A DNA stretch of 64,000 nucleotides, taken from positions 14,818,001 through 14,882,000 of the forward strand of contig OZ024759.1 in assembly GCA_964016885.1 (NCBI GenBank), in the 5' to 3' direction. Made by a program: the position numbers and the translations under genes. Positions within the stretch are counted from its first letter, which is position 1, and each line of letters starts with the position of its first letter. This DNA is from Eledone cirrhosa (lineage: Eukaryota). Below are positions 1 to 12,845 of this stretch, piece after piece. Under the pieces are notes generated by a model, which was not told the DNA's origin, made no database searches, and saw nothing but the letters and a program-made list of their open reading frames with translations.

Positions 1-81
<81 letters not shown>

Positions 82-150
82 ACATACACACATACACACA
101 TACATACATACATATACACGCGTGTGCAGACATACATACATGCATACATA
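1..150. repeat. (CA)n/(CATA)n microsatellite
   Basis: Directly visible. Confidence 0.98.
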
Positions 151-249
151 TTTACCTAGTTGATGTCTAAATTCCAGAGAAAGTATTTTGCGTCCATGTT
201 TGAAACCGACTCCCTCTCTCTCCCTGTTGATAAAACCTTATAAAATAAT

Positions 250-436
250 TGTTTCTACTTTTGGCACCAAGCCAGAAATTACCCAGTGTATTACTGGTAC
301 ATTATTTTATCGACCGCATAAGAATGAAAGGCAAAGTTAACCTCGGCGGGATTTGAACTCAGAATAGCAAGGGCCGTAACTCTATGCGTCAAAGCATGGC
401 GTCCGACCCTCTACCGATACTGCCAATCCACCGCCC
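250..436 (-). mobile_element. tRNA-derived SINE, family 1, full length with 18-bp TSD
   Basis: Minus strand starts GGGCGGTGGATTGGCAGTATCGGTAGAG (A-box-like), has B-box GAGTTCAAATCC, then core GCCTTTCAT..GGTCGATAAAATA.GTACCAGT. AAAACCTTATAAAATAAT is duplicated at 232-249 and 439-456. More than 12 copies or fragments in the window. Confidence 0.9.
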
Positions 437-616
437 TAAAAACCTTATAAAATAATGAAACCAGAAGATCTCTCTCTTTCTCTCACTCACTCACTCACAT
501 CACACTCACACTCACTCATACTCACACTCACTCATACTCACACTCACACTCACTCACACTCATATTCACACTCACTCACACTCACTCACTCACACAAACA
601 CACACAGACACACATG

Positions 617-856
617 TACTAGCAAAAAGCTCGTTGTTGCCGGGCAAACCTTTCACCAATGTAATTAAAGATACCCTCACTCCTCAACATGGCCGTCTTT
701 AAATAGCCCCAGATCTCTGCTATTTTAGGGGAGAGAAAGATTTAAACTATATGTTGACATGTTCCAATTTGAACAAAATCGGATGGAAACTGTAGAAATC
801 CATCGCCTGCATTCAGACAAACAGACAGACAGATTCTTTTCGTTTTCATATATATA
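617..856 (+). mobile_element. Non-autonomous Helitron/Helentron-like element (DINE-1/Lep1-like layout)
   Basis: Starts TACTAGC followed by a short GC hairpin ending CGGGC. Ends with CAAAATCGGATG, an (ACAG)n tract and a TA-rich terminus. A similar 5' end occurs at 63604. Confidence 0.55.
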
Positions 857-1290
857 AATATATAAAACATTTAATTATTTCCGCCTGGTAACTATTAATG
901 TACTGTGAAAATTATCCATGCACATTTATGAAGAATATATATTTCTACTGATAAATATATCATTGAGATAAAATCATTGAGATAAAGATACTTAGCGAAT
1001 ATAATTCTACTTATTAAGCATTGAGAATCTTCTTACGACTAACGTTTTCGCTTGTTTTGCCTATATTATTTACGCTTCTACGTAAAATATTTTCCAGTTA
1101 CTAGCGTTCTTGATACAAACGTTATTCTTGACAATACTGTTTGAAGCTTATCGACTTCGATTCGTGCAGGTTTTAATATGTTGAATGTCGAAACCACTGC
1201 GCTGGTGTATTATAAAATTTAATTCAATTTTAATCGGAGATCACAGCTGTTAGAATGTCTCAAGAATTAATCGCTGTACAGATTTTACGA

Positions 1291-1473
1291 GCTAAAAAAA
1301 CAGCTGGAGACCCAGAGCAAGATGGTTAGATAAGATCTATGAACTTGACTGGTCTCGCTTGGAGATCCAGCTGGATCAGTTGGAGACGGTTACTTCTGAC
1401 AGAACCCGTTGGAATGAATGTTTGAGGACTCTGCCCCCAGGACTCTCTCAGGAATAAGTGGGCAAAGAAGAAG
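1291..1473 (+). mobile_element. RTE-clade LINE 3' end (Expander/Rex3-like C-terminus)
   Basis: Translates RPRARWLDKIYELDWSRLEIQLDQLETVTSDRTRWNECLRTLPPGLSQE*, followed by a short (AAG)n tail. Confidence 0.75.
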
Positions 1474-1777
1474 TATATTTTTGCATCTCAAATATTTCAA
1501 TAATTATGTATCATATTTTAAGTGTATTTGGTAGTGTAGGTGATAGTACAATTATTTCTTTAAATAGTTGTGTTCACTGATTATGCTTACATATATTCAT
1601 ATAGTTGTGTTGAGTCGTATCACATAAACACCCCAATTACTGGTACATGTGTACATACACACACACACAAATATATGCATACATACATATATATTGATAT
1701 CATAAGGATATATATTTGTGTGTATATATATGTGTGTATATATATATATATATATAATTTTATCTTTATCTATATTA

Positions 1778-2048
1778 GAAATACGAAATTCCAATACATG
1801 CCTGCATGCAGCCATGCCTGAAGCTAAATTCTAATTCTATTGTATTATAAGTTGAGCCAGCCTATGCAACTTCATATGCAAATGAGATTAATCACCTCAT
1901 TTACACAGACGAGAAAAACCCTATATTCTCCCTGTTTTCAAGTCCAGCAGTCGCAAGAGTGGGAGGGATCGTCCTGATGAGAACCAGTTCAGTTTGAAAT
2001 GCATCGACGATTGTCCCCCTTGCTTCTGCTGGACACCACCTGAGAGCG
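1778..2048 (+). mobile_element. Hammerhead-bearing repeat family B, copy 1 (retrozyme/PLE-like)
   Basis: Homologous to the reverse complement of 13908-14290 but starts at a different point of the unit. Confidence 0.75.
1968..2011 (+). ncRNA. Type I hammerhead ribozyme (family B)
   Basis: ATCGTC-CTGATGA-GAAC(cagttca)GTTT-GAA-ATGCAT-C-GACGAT: 6-bp stem I, palindromic stem III, AUC triplet. Confidence 0.8.
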
Positions 2049-2098
2049 ATATTATATACGATATTAACAAATGGAAACTATATTTATAAAACCATATT

Positions 2099-2163
2099 TA
2101 TTTCATTATACATATTTCAAGGATACCAAGTTAAATTATGGTATGCCTTCATCAGACAAAATA
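2099..2163 (-). ncRNA. Type I hammerhead ribozyme (family A, copy 1)
   Basis: Minus strand TATTTTGT-CTGATGA-AGG..ATACCA/TGGTAT..CCTT-GAA-ATATGTAT-A-ATGAAATA. Confidence 0.7.
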
Positions 2164-2242
2164 CAATATATACCAGTTTTATAAATAAACATTGACGTAC
2201 CCTTTCAAAATGAAACCGTTACTTTTGGAAGACATCAGGATA

Positions 2243-2291
<49 letters not shown>

Positions 2292-2797
2292 GAATAATTG
2301 CCTTACCTCTCTCCCATTAAAATGAAGGAAGAGCACGTGTTATCTAGTAGTCGTAAATCCCTTATCGTTGTTTGGTGATCAGTGGCTTGAATGTCATTAA
2401 TCATAAGCGTATACAACGAAGCTTGACCTGGGGGTACACCGGTATATAAAGGGTAGGGTTGCCGTAGGGAATAATGGCATAGCTCGGGAAGTTAAAGCTG
2501 ACAGAGCCTAGCATACTCCATGTCTGAATACAGTCGATTTCTTCCAAAGAAAGTGAGATAGATAGATTGAGGGAAAACAAATGCGAAAGATAAAGAAATA
2601 TATATATTGACGAAGAAACATATGTAATATGTTAATAAATGTGAGATAATAGAACACTGATGCCTCGTTCTTTATTATATATATATGGAAAGTTATATTT
2701 AAATTGTTGGGTTAACAACGAGTAAATATTTATAACTGATATAAAAGTTGATTGAAAGGTATGTCGTATCTATTTATTTATAAGACTGTTTATATTG

Positions 2798-2863
2798 TAT
2801 TTTGTCTGAAGAAGGCATAACATATTGTTAATATGATATCCCTGAAATATATATAATGAAATA
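2798..2863 (+). ncRNA. Type I hammerhead ribozyme (family A, copy 2)
   Basis: TATTTTGT-CTGAAGA-AGG...CCT-GAA-ATATATAT-A-ATGAAATA. Confidence 0.75.
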
Positions 2864-2900
2864 AATATGGTTTTATAAATATAGTTTCCATTTATTTAAT

Positions 2901-2947
<47 letters not shown>

Positions 2948-3049
2948 CAGAATATAAATATTAAATATATAATATAGAAATGGTGGGTTCTACAGGACTA
3001 GAACATTGAAGAGGAATCATCATATAGAAGTAGTTCCACAACATTTAGT

Positions 3050-3050
<1 letters not shown>

Positions 3051-3081
<31 letters not shown>

Positions 3082-3278
3082 TCTCTCTTTCTCTCTCTTT
3101 CTCTCTATCTCTCTCTCTCTACATACATACATACATACATACATACATACATACATACATACATACATACATACATACATACATACATACATACATACAT
3201 ACATACATACATACATACATACATACATACATACATACATACATACATACATACATACATACATACATACATACATAC
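3051..3278. repeat. (CT)n followed by (ACAT)n microsatellite
   Basis: Directly visible; lies between 30-bp inverted repeats at 3022-3051 and 3329-3358. Confidence 0.97.
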
Positions 3279-3281
3279 GAG

Positions 3282-3323
3282 ACCGAGCTGAGGATCCGAA
3301 TAAGGTGAAACTTAGTTCTCGGT
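3282..3323 (+). ncRNA. Type I hammerhead ribozyme (family C)
   Basis: ACCGAG-CTGAGGA-tCC(gaataa)GGt-GAA-AC(tta)GT-T-CTCGGT: perfect 6-bp stem I, weak stem II. Confidence 0.65.
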
Positions 3324-3350
3324 ATGGTGAACTAACTGTTGTGGAACTAC

Positions 3351-3388
<38 letters not shown>

Positions 3389-3545
3389 TAATAAAAATAA
3401 TTTTTATTAATTTATCTTGACTCTGTTTTCCTGTATCTTTCATCGGAAAAACTTTTTTTAATACATCTTCTTTTTTCATGATATTCGGATTACATTGAGT
3501 TCTTCATACGGATTGGACACTACCGTACATTTTGGTAGATTTATC

Positions 3546-3595
<50 letters not shown>

Positions 3596-4286
3596 CGTTG
3601 TATGATGTCACTAATAGTTAACTGGGCTTGTGATTCTTAGAGCGGGGGGAGAGAAGAAGGGGGAAATGAGAAAGAGATAGAGAAGAAGAATAAGCTATAG
3701 TGACCGGATTCGTATCGATAATCACACAGTTGATTGTACGATAATCAGCACATCTACACTTCAAATACAATCCACATACGGATATGACCTCGGTCAAATT
3801 TCCCACGATATTAGTTAGAGAGCATGACCTGAGAAGCCTCTGAGAACGTTATCCATTGATTTCAATCAAGCACACACGGTGTACAGCTTGCGCTCACACT
3901 TTGCATTCATCTCCATCTCTTTAAACTATATCATACTTGCTTAAAAAGTCAAAGGTCTACAACAAAAATTAAAAAGTACTTATTAGAAATTTACTGATAT
4001 ATCTACGAGCAGACTTATGTTGTCAATACAACTGGGGAAGCCATCATCAAGAACCAATTAATCTTTTAACCTCATCACCTTTATACTGCAAGGATGTTAT
4101 TAAAACGACAAGAAATAACGTTTAGAATCAGAAGAATCTTTCAATATGTTTTTCTTTAGATTTTCTTTTCCTTTTTTTTCTTTCTTGGAGAGATTAACCG
4201 ACATCAAATATCGTGTTTAGATACAAGCATACATATGTAGATATATATATACATATCTACACACATATATGCTTGTTTGTATGTAT

Positions 4287-4289
<3 letters not shown>

Positions 4290-4330
<41 letters not shown>

Positions 4331-4875
4331 AAAAATATATATATATATATAAAATATATATATATATATATAAAATATATATATATAGATAAAATATAAA
4401 TATATATATATATAGATAAAATATAAATATATATATATATAGATAAAATATAAATATATATATATATATATAGATAAAATATAAATATATATATATATAT
4501 ATAGATAAAATATAAATATATATATATATATATATAGATAAAATATAAATATATATATATATATATAGATAAAATATAAATATATATATATATATATAGA
4601 TAAAATATAAATATATATATATATATATAGATAAAATATAAATATATATATATATATATAGATAAAATATAAATATATATATATATATATAGATAAAATA
4701 TAAATATATATATATATATATAGATAAAATATAAATATATATATATATATATATAGATAAAATATAAATATATATATATATATATATATAGATAAAATAT
4801 AAATATATATATATATATATATAGATAAAAAAAAATATATATATATATATATATAGATAAAATATATATATATAT
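4290..4875. repeat. (TA)n-derived minisatellite, unit GATAAAATATAAA(TA)n
   Basis: Directly visible periodic unit of about 30 bp. Confidence 0.95.
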
Positions 4876-4886
4876 GTGTGTGTGTA

Positions 4887-5040
4887 TGGTGGATTGGCAG
4901 TATCGGTAGAGGGTCGGGTGCCATGCTTTGAAGCATAGAGTTACCTCCCTTTATCATCTGAGTTCAAATCCTGCCGAGGTCAACTTTGCCTTTCATCGTT
5001 ACGGGGGCGATAAAATAAAGTACCAGTAATGTACTTGGTG
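4887..5040 (+). mobile_element. SINE family 1, 3'-truncated
   Basis: A-box, GAGTTCAAATCC B-box and core as in 250-436. Confidence 0.88.
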
Positions 5041-5098
5041 ATTCAACAAATATAAATGATATTAAATAAATGGAAACTATAATTTATAAAACCATATT

Positions 5099-5159
5099 TA
5101 TTCTATTATATATATTTCAAGGGTACCAAAACTTTGGTGCGCTTTCATCAGATAAAATA
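5099..5159 (-). ncRNA. Type I hammerhead ribozyme (family A, copy 3)
   Basis: Minus strand TATTTTAT-CTGATGA-AAG..ACCAAA/TTTGGT..CTT-GAA-ATATATAT-A-ATAGAATA. Confidence 0.78.
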
Positions 5160-5331
5160 CGAAGTGTGTTTTATAAATGTTGACATAACGAAGAAAAATA
5201 ACTTAACGGTTCAAGTAAAACTATCAAAGGAAAACTGGAACAGTTCAATGCTTATTTTTCAATGTTTATTTTTTATTTTTTATTTCTTCAATGTCTTGGA
5301 TTTGTTATTGCTTGTGTAATATGTAATCACT

Positions 5332-5389
5332 CTTTATGCTCTGATGAGTCCCACTTATAGTGTGGACGAAACACTGTTAGCAAGTAAAG
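5332..5389 (+). ncRNA. Type I hammerhead ribozyme (family D)
   Basis: CTTTA-TGCT-CTGATGA-GTCC(cacttatagtgt)GGAC-GAA-AC(act)GT-T-AGCA-ag-TAAAG: canonical CUGAUGA-GUCC..GGAC-GAAAC core. Confidence 0.85.
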
Positions 5390-5519
5390 ATATACCTATG
5401 CTCTAAGCGTTCTTTGTTGTTAATTATATTACGGCTCTGTCCTCAGACATTGAGCTAACCTTATACTGCCTATTGGATAAGCGGAGTGTTACACACTCCT
5501 GATCCTCTCCCTTATATAC

Positions 5520-5977
5520 TATATATATATATATGTATATATATATGTATATATATGTATATATATATATATGTATATGTATATATATGTATATGTATAT
5601 ATGTATATATATGTATATATATATATATATGTATATATGTATATATATGTATATATGTATATACATGTATATATGTATATATATGTATATGTATATATAT
5701 GTATATGTATATATATGTATATGTATGTATATGTATATGTATATATATGTATATGTATATATATGTATATGTATATATATGTATATGTGTATATATATGT
5801 ATATGTATGTATATGTATATATATGTATATGTATATATATATGTATATGTATATATATATGTATATGTATATATATATGTATATGTATATATATATGTAT
5901 ATGTATATATATATGTATATATATATGTATATATATGTATATGTATATATGTATATATATATATATATGTATATATG

Positions 5978-6010
<33 letters not shown>

Positions 6011-6299
6011 GTATATGTATATATATGTATATGTATATATATGTATATGTATATATATGTATATGTATATATATGTATATGTATATATATGTATGTATAT
6101 GTATATATATGTATATGTATGTATATGTATATATATGTATATGTATATATATGTATATATATATATATATGTATATGTATATATATGTATATATATATAT
6201 GTATATATATATATATGTATATGTATATATATGTATATGTATATATATATGTATATGTATATGTATATGTATATATATATGTATATGTATATATATATG

Positions 6300-6362
<63 letters not shown>

Positions 6363-6618
6363 GTATATATATGTATATGTATATATATGTATATGTATAT
6401 ATATGTATATGTATATATATGTATATGTATGTATATGTATATATATGTATATGTATGTATATGTATATATATGTATATATATGTATATGTATATATATGT
6501 ATATGTGTATATGTATGTATATGTATATATATGTATATGTATGTATATGTATATATATGTATATATATGTATATGTATATATATGTATATGTGTATATGT
6601 ATATATATGTATATGTAT

Positions 6619-6688
<70 letters not shown>

Positions 6689-6722
6689 GTATATATATAT
6701 GTATATATATATATATATGTAT

Positions 6723-6772
<50 letters not shown>

Positions 6773-6776
6773 GTAT

Positions 6777-6826
<50 letters not shown>

Positions 6827-6830
6827 GTAT

Positions 6831-6894
<64 letters not shown>

Positions 6895-6895
6895 G

Positions 6896-6942
<47 letters not shown>

Positions 6943-6956
6943 GTATATATATGTAT

Positions 6957-6990
<34 letters not shown>

Positions 6991-7015
6991 GTATGTATAT
7001 ATATATATATGTATG

Positions 7016-7080
<65 letters not shown>

Positions 7081-7112
7081 GTATGTATATATATATATAT
7101 GTATATATATTA
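5520..7112. repeat. 1.6-kb (TA)n microsatellite with G interruptions
   Basis: Directly visible. Confidence 0.98.
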
Positions 7113-7721
7113 TGTCAGGTCACCAGTTGGTGCTACTGGTAACATGTATCCCAGTACAACCTGTCTCATGGTCGGGTCGTTGGCGACTAAACTGGCAACC
7201 CCACCAAGGTTTCTTGGTGAGGAGGGTGACTTTGGACATCCTGCAGGACTAAAAACAAAACCTGTCAAAGGGCAAAGGAGCTCTTAAGAGTCAATGGCCA
7301 TCCAAAATCACCGGGAGAGATGACCCCTTAGCCTTTGTCAAGGCAGAATTCTAGGAGAAGGAAAACTCTGATATAACACCTGCAACCCTGATGGTATCCA
7401 ATGATGTTGACTTGTTCTTCTTTTTGGTAAATATCATCTTGGTTAAGAGAGTGGGACTGGCTTTGTGCAGTGCCTTTGCTCACTATAAAAGCTTCACGGC
7501 ACAGGCATTGCTTTATATCTGGAGATCTCTCTGCACTTGTCGTCACATGGTACCATGGGCCCAACACTATGTGTCAATAATTGTCACAAGTGTAGTCTTT
7601 GTACCAGAGTTTTCAAGTCGCTGGCTGGACTAAAAAGTCACTCGTTCAGCGCATCAGTAGGGGTTCTCCTACATGGATATAAAGTAGTGGCCGTACTCGA
7701 AAACGAGTTGGCAGCCACCAT
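7113..7721 (+). mobile_element. Short non-autonomous RTE derivative, copy 1
   Basis: RTE-type 5' motif CTAGGAGAAGGAAAACTCTGA, zinc-finger remnant [17 protein letters not shown], and 3' stem-loop TGGCCGTACTCGAAAACGAGTTGGCAGCCA shared with the LINE at 32263-33603. Confidence 0.75.
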
Positions 7722-7832
7722 GTATATATATATGTATGTATATATATATGTATGTATATATATATGTATGTATGTATGTATATATATATGTATGTATATA
7801 TATATGTATGTATATATATATGTATATATATA

Positions 7833-8440
7833 TGTCAGGTCACCAGCTGGTGCTACTGGTAACATGTATCCCAGTACAACCTGTCCCATGGTCGGGTCGT
7901 TGGCGACTAAACTGGCAACCCCACCAAGGTTTCTTGGTGAGGAGGGTGACTTTGGACATCCTGCAGGACTAAAAACAAAACCTGTCAAAGGGCAAAGGAG
8001 CTCTTAAGAGTCAATGGCCATCCAAAATCACCGGGAGAGATGACCCCTTAGCCTTTGTCAAGGCAGAATTCTAGGAGAAGGAAAACTCTGATATAACACC
8101 TGCAACCCTGATGGTATCCAATGATGTTGACTTGTTCTTCTTTTTGGTAAATATCATCTTGGTTTAGAGAGTGGGACTGGCTTTGTGCAGTGCCTTTGCT
8201 CACTATAAAAGCTTCACGGCACAGGCATTGCTTTATATCTGGAGATCTCTCTGCACTTGTCGTCACATGGTACCATGGGCCCAGCACTATGTGTCAATAA
8301 TTGTCACAAGTGTAGTGTTTGTACCAGAGTTTTCAAGTCCCTGGCTGGACTAAAAAGTCACTCGTTCAGCGCATCGGTAGGGGTTCTCCTACATGGATAT
8401 AAAGTAGTGGCCGTACTCGAAAACGAGTTGGCAGCCACCA
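7833..8440 (+). mobile_element. Short non-autonomous RTE derivative, copy 2
   Basis: Near-identical to 7113-7721 at a 720-bp period. Confidence 0.8.
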
Positions 8441-8686
8441 TATATATATGTATGTATGTATATATGTATGTATGTGTGTGTATGTGTATGTGTATATGTG
8501 TGTGTATATGTGTATGTATATATATGTGTATATATATGTATATATATATATATATGTATGTGTATATGTATATATATATATATGTATATATATATGTGTA
8601 TATGTATATATACATATATATATACATATGTGTATATATGCATATATACGTGTATATATACATATATACATATATATACATATACA

Positions 8687-8978
8687 TATCATCTTGGTTA
8701 AGAGAGTGGGACTGGCTTTGTGCAGTGCCTTTGGTCACTATAAAAGCTTCATGGCACAGGCATTGCTTTATATCTGGAGATCTCTCTGCACTTGTCCTCA
8801 CATGGTACCATGGGCCCAGCACTATGTGTCAATAATTGTCACAAGTGTAGTGTTTGTACCAGAGTTTTCAAGTCGCTGGCTGGACTAAAAAGCCACACTC
8901 ATTCAGCGCATCGGTAGGGGTTCTCCTACATGGATATAAAGTAGTGGCCGTACTCGAAAACGAGTTGGCAGCCACCAT
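8687..8978 (+). mobile_element. Short non-autonomous RTE derivative, copy 3 (3' half)
   Basis: Matches about 7432-7721 and retains AAAAGCCACA. Confidence 0.8.
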
Positions 8979-9086
8979 ATATATATGTATGTATATATGT
9001 ATGTATATACAAATATTTAGAGCTGATACATATATATATATATACATATATATCAGCTCTATATATATGTCTATATATATATATAA

Positions 9087-9208
<122 letters not shown>

Positions 9209-9463
9209 CATATATGTATATATATGTGTGTGTGTATATATATATGTATATATAGTATTAAGGGTACTATTTATGGTTATGTATGCAATAAAACCTTTGA
9301 TGGTAATATATTATATATACACAAACCCTAAATAGTGAGAGATAGTCTTTAATTACTATCCTATTACCAGTAAGTTAAATAGCTCAATGTAATAACATCA
9401 GTTGTTATACAGAGCAGTTATATAGAGATTACAGTAATCAAAGTTCAGTTTAAGTCATCTATT

Positions 9464-9510
9464 TGCTTACAATTGTTTCCTCCAAACCGAGGTTTGGATT
9501 CTTCGGAGCA
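9464..9510 (-). ncRNA. Hammerhead-like motif, U4C core variant (family E, left arm)
   Basis: Reverse complement of 9981-10027. Confidence 0.65.
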
Positions 9511-9980
9511 GTTATTTATAACATACTTGACCTCCTTTTCAACCCAAGAGACACATAAAACATATGCGCATATTGATCAACAGTGGGGTGACATTCATCA
9601 AATGAAATAGCATGGCAATTTACATATAAAGTGTTACATGATAAAAATAAAGTGTTACATGATAAAAATAAAATAAAATACAAGCAAGAGTGAAAATAAA
9701 GATAAACATGAAGCGTTGGCAGTCTATGAAGATAAAGCAAGAGGAAAGCTTAGAGTAGTCAGTGCATGAAGCAATCTCCCGTGTAGCATGCACGCTTGTC
9801 TTATCTATACATGATTAGAGTGCGTCAGAATGATATTTGCAGGGTCAGGCAGTTGAAGCAGGCAATCGATCTTATAATATAGGCTGAATTATTAAGTCAT
9901 TTATTCTCATACATCTGTATGCGCATATGTTTTATGTGTCTCTTGGGTTGAAAAAGGAGGTCAAGTATGTTATAAATAAC

Positions 9981-10027
9981 TGCTCCGAAGAATCCAAACC
10001 TCGGTTTGGAGGAAACAATTGTAAGCA
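9981..10027 (+). ncRNA. Hammerhead-like motif, U4C core variant (family E, right arm)
   Basis: TGCT-CCGAAGA-aTCCAAACC(tc)GGTTTGGAg-GAA-ACAATTGT-A-AGCA: palindromic stem III, GUA triplet. Confidence 0.65.
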
Positions 10028-10388
10028 AATAAATGACTTAAACTGAACTTTGATTACTGTAATCTCTATATGTATATATATATGTGTGTGTGCATATATA
10101 TATAGATATATGTATATATATATATGTGTGTGTTTATATATATATATACATATATGTATATATATATAAATATATATGTGTGTGTATATATATATACAAA
10201 TATATATATATATATATATATATGTGTGGGGATATATATATATACATATATGTATATATGTATATATGTGTGTGTATATATGTATATATGTGTGTGTATA
10301 TATGTATATATATATATGTGTGTGTATATATGTATATATATATATGTGTGTGTGTATATATGTATATATATATGTGTGTGTGGGTATA

Positions 10389-10421
<33 letters not shown>

Positions 10422-10860
10422 GTGTTTGTATATATGTATATATATATATGTGTGTATATATATGTGTGTATATATATACATCTATATATATATATAAAGA
10501 GAGAGAGAGATCAAGATAAAATTGGTAAATATAATATCTATAAATAAATTAAGAAGAATCTTTAAGGAAATTGGATGTGTTAGAGATGGGAAATTTAATA
10601 TATTGCTCACAATAAATCGGTAACATTTATAGTTTAAAAAAGATAGAAATTTGGTTTGATAACTTGATTTCGAGAGGTAATACCAAGCAGAAGGCATATA
10701 TCATAAATGAGGTGATATCATATTAAGGTGAAATAGGATTTTCCAGATATGATGGACCTAATACGATTGGGTAAAGTGGCAAGAATCACGAAATATAGCG
10801 ATAATTTCTTATTTACATATATATATACTTATATACATATATATATATATACTTATATAC

Positions 10861-10894
<34 letters not shown>

Positions 10895-11729
10895 TTATAT
10901 ACATTTATATATTCTTATATACATACATATATATATACTTATATACACATATATATACTTATATATTTATATACATATATATATATACTTATATACATAT
11001 ATATACTTATATACATACATATATATATACTTATATACATACATATATATATACTTATATACATATATATACACTTACATACATATATATATATACACTT
11101 ACATACATATATATATATATATACTTATATACATACATATATATATACTTATATACATACAAATATATATATATATACTTATATACATACAAATATATAT
11201 ATATACTTATATACATAAATAAATATATACTTATATACATACATATATATATATATAGTTATATACATAAATATATACTTATATACATACATACTTACAT
11301 ACATATATATATACTTATATACATAAATATATATATACTTATATACATACATATATATATATACTTATATACATACATATATATATATATACTTATATAC
11401 ATACATATATATATATATACTTATATACATACATACATATATATATACTTATACTTATATATATATATACATATACATATATATATATACATACATAAAT
11501 ACATATGCGTGCGTATAATGTTATGCTAGAATATAATGAATAATGAATCTCAATACACAAGGCAATATAAATATTTATTAAAGCCCCAAATTTTCACTAT
11601 AGCAATTATTGAGGTTTCATCTCTCAAATTTGATAATTTGTGATATGAAATCATAGTAGATGTTACACAGAATTTCACTTTTAGCGCATTATACTCATAG
11701 ATTCGCGCACACTCATGCACACACTTGCA

Positions 11730-11850
<121 letters not shown>

Positions 11851-11995
11851 ATATACAAGGGTGAAAGCACCGATTCTTCGCTTAAACTTTAATCTGTTAA
11901 TTTAATAAATATTTGCTCTAGGGTTCTTATATATTTGATATATATTTATCCTTATCGAGCCCTCTTTGGATTTTAATCTTCACATTTACTATTAT

Positions 11996-12045
<50 letters not shown>

Positions 12046-12516
12046 TTTTATATATATATGTATACATATGTTTATATATATATGTATACATATGTTTATA
12101 TATATATGTATACATATGTTTATATATATATGTATACATATGTTTATATATATATGTATACATATGTTTATATATATATATATATGTATACATATATATA
12201 TGTATGCATATATATATTTATATTTATTTATATATATATTCTTATATATATATATATTTATATATATTTATATTTATTTATATATATATTCTTATATATA
12301 TATTTATATTTATTTATATATATATTCTTATATATATATATATTTATATATACATATATTTATATATATATATTCTTATATATATATTTATATTTATTTA
12401 TATATATATTCTTATATATATATATATTTATATATACATATATTTATATATATATATTCTTACATATATTTATATATATTCTTATATATATATTCTTACA
12501 TATATTTATATATATT

Positions 12517-12553
<37 letters not shown>

Positions 12554-12845
12554 ATGGTTTTCTGTTTGTGTATGTGTGTGAGAGAGAGAGAGAGAATGGG
12601 ATGAGAGAAATACAATGTAAAAATCAACATATATGAAATACAAAGATATATAGTTATATAAAAACATAAGTTTTTCTTGGAGCAAGAGGGACCACAAACT
12701 ATATAGAACTAACTACTGGAATATTATTGGAGCGAAATATATTTATTATTGTCATTCTTTACGACCATATAATTGTTTAGAGAAACCGAATATAGAGAAA
12801 CATTCATGCAACAACGATGACGATGATGATGATGATGATGATGAT

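Larger units (their letters stand above)
9421..10070. repeat. Fold-back element: 150-bp near-perfect inverted arms (9421-9572 and 9918-10070), 345-bp spacer
   Basis: Arms are reverse complements with only about 2 differences. Confidence 0.93.

Noticed and set aside
3410-3452. CCGATGA...GAAA...GTC on the minus strand
   Set aside because: Stem II cannot form; too degenerate to call.
5440-5446. CTGAGGA on the minus strand
   Set aside because: No stem II or GAAA downstream.
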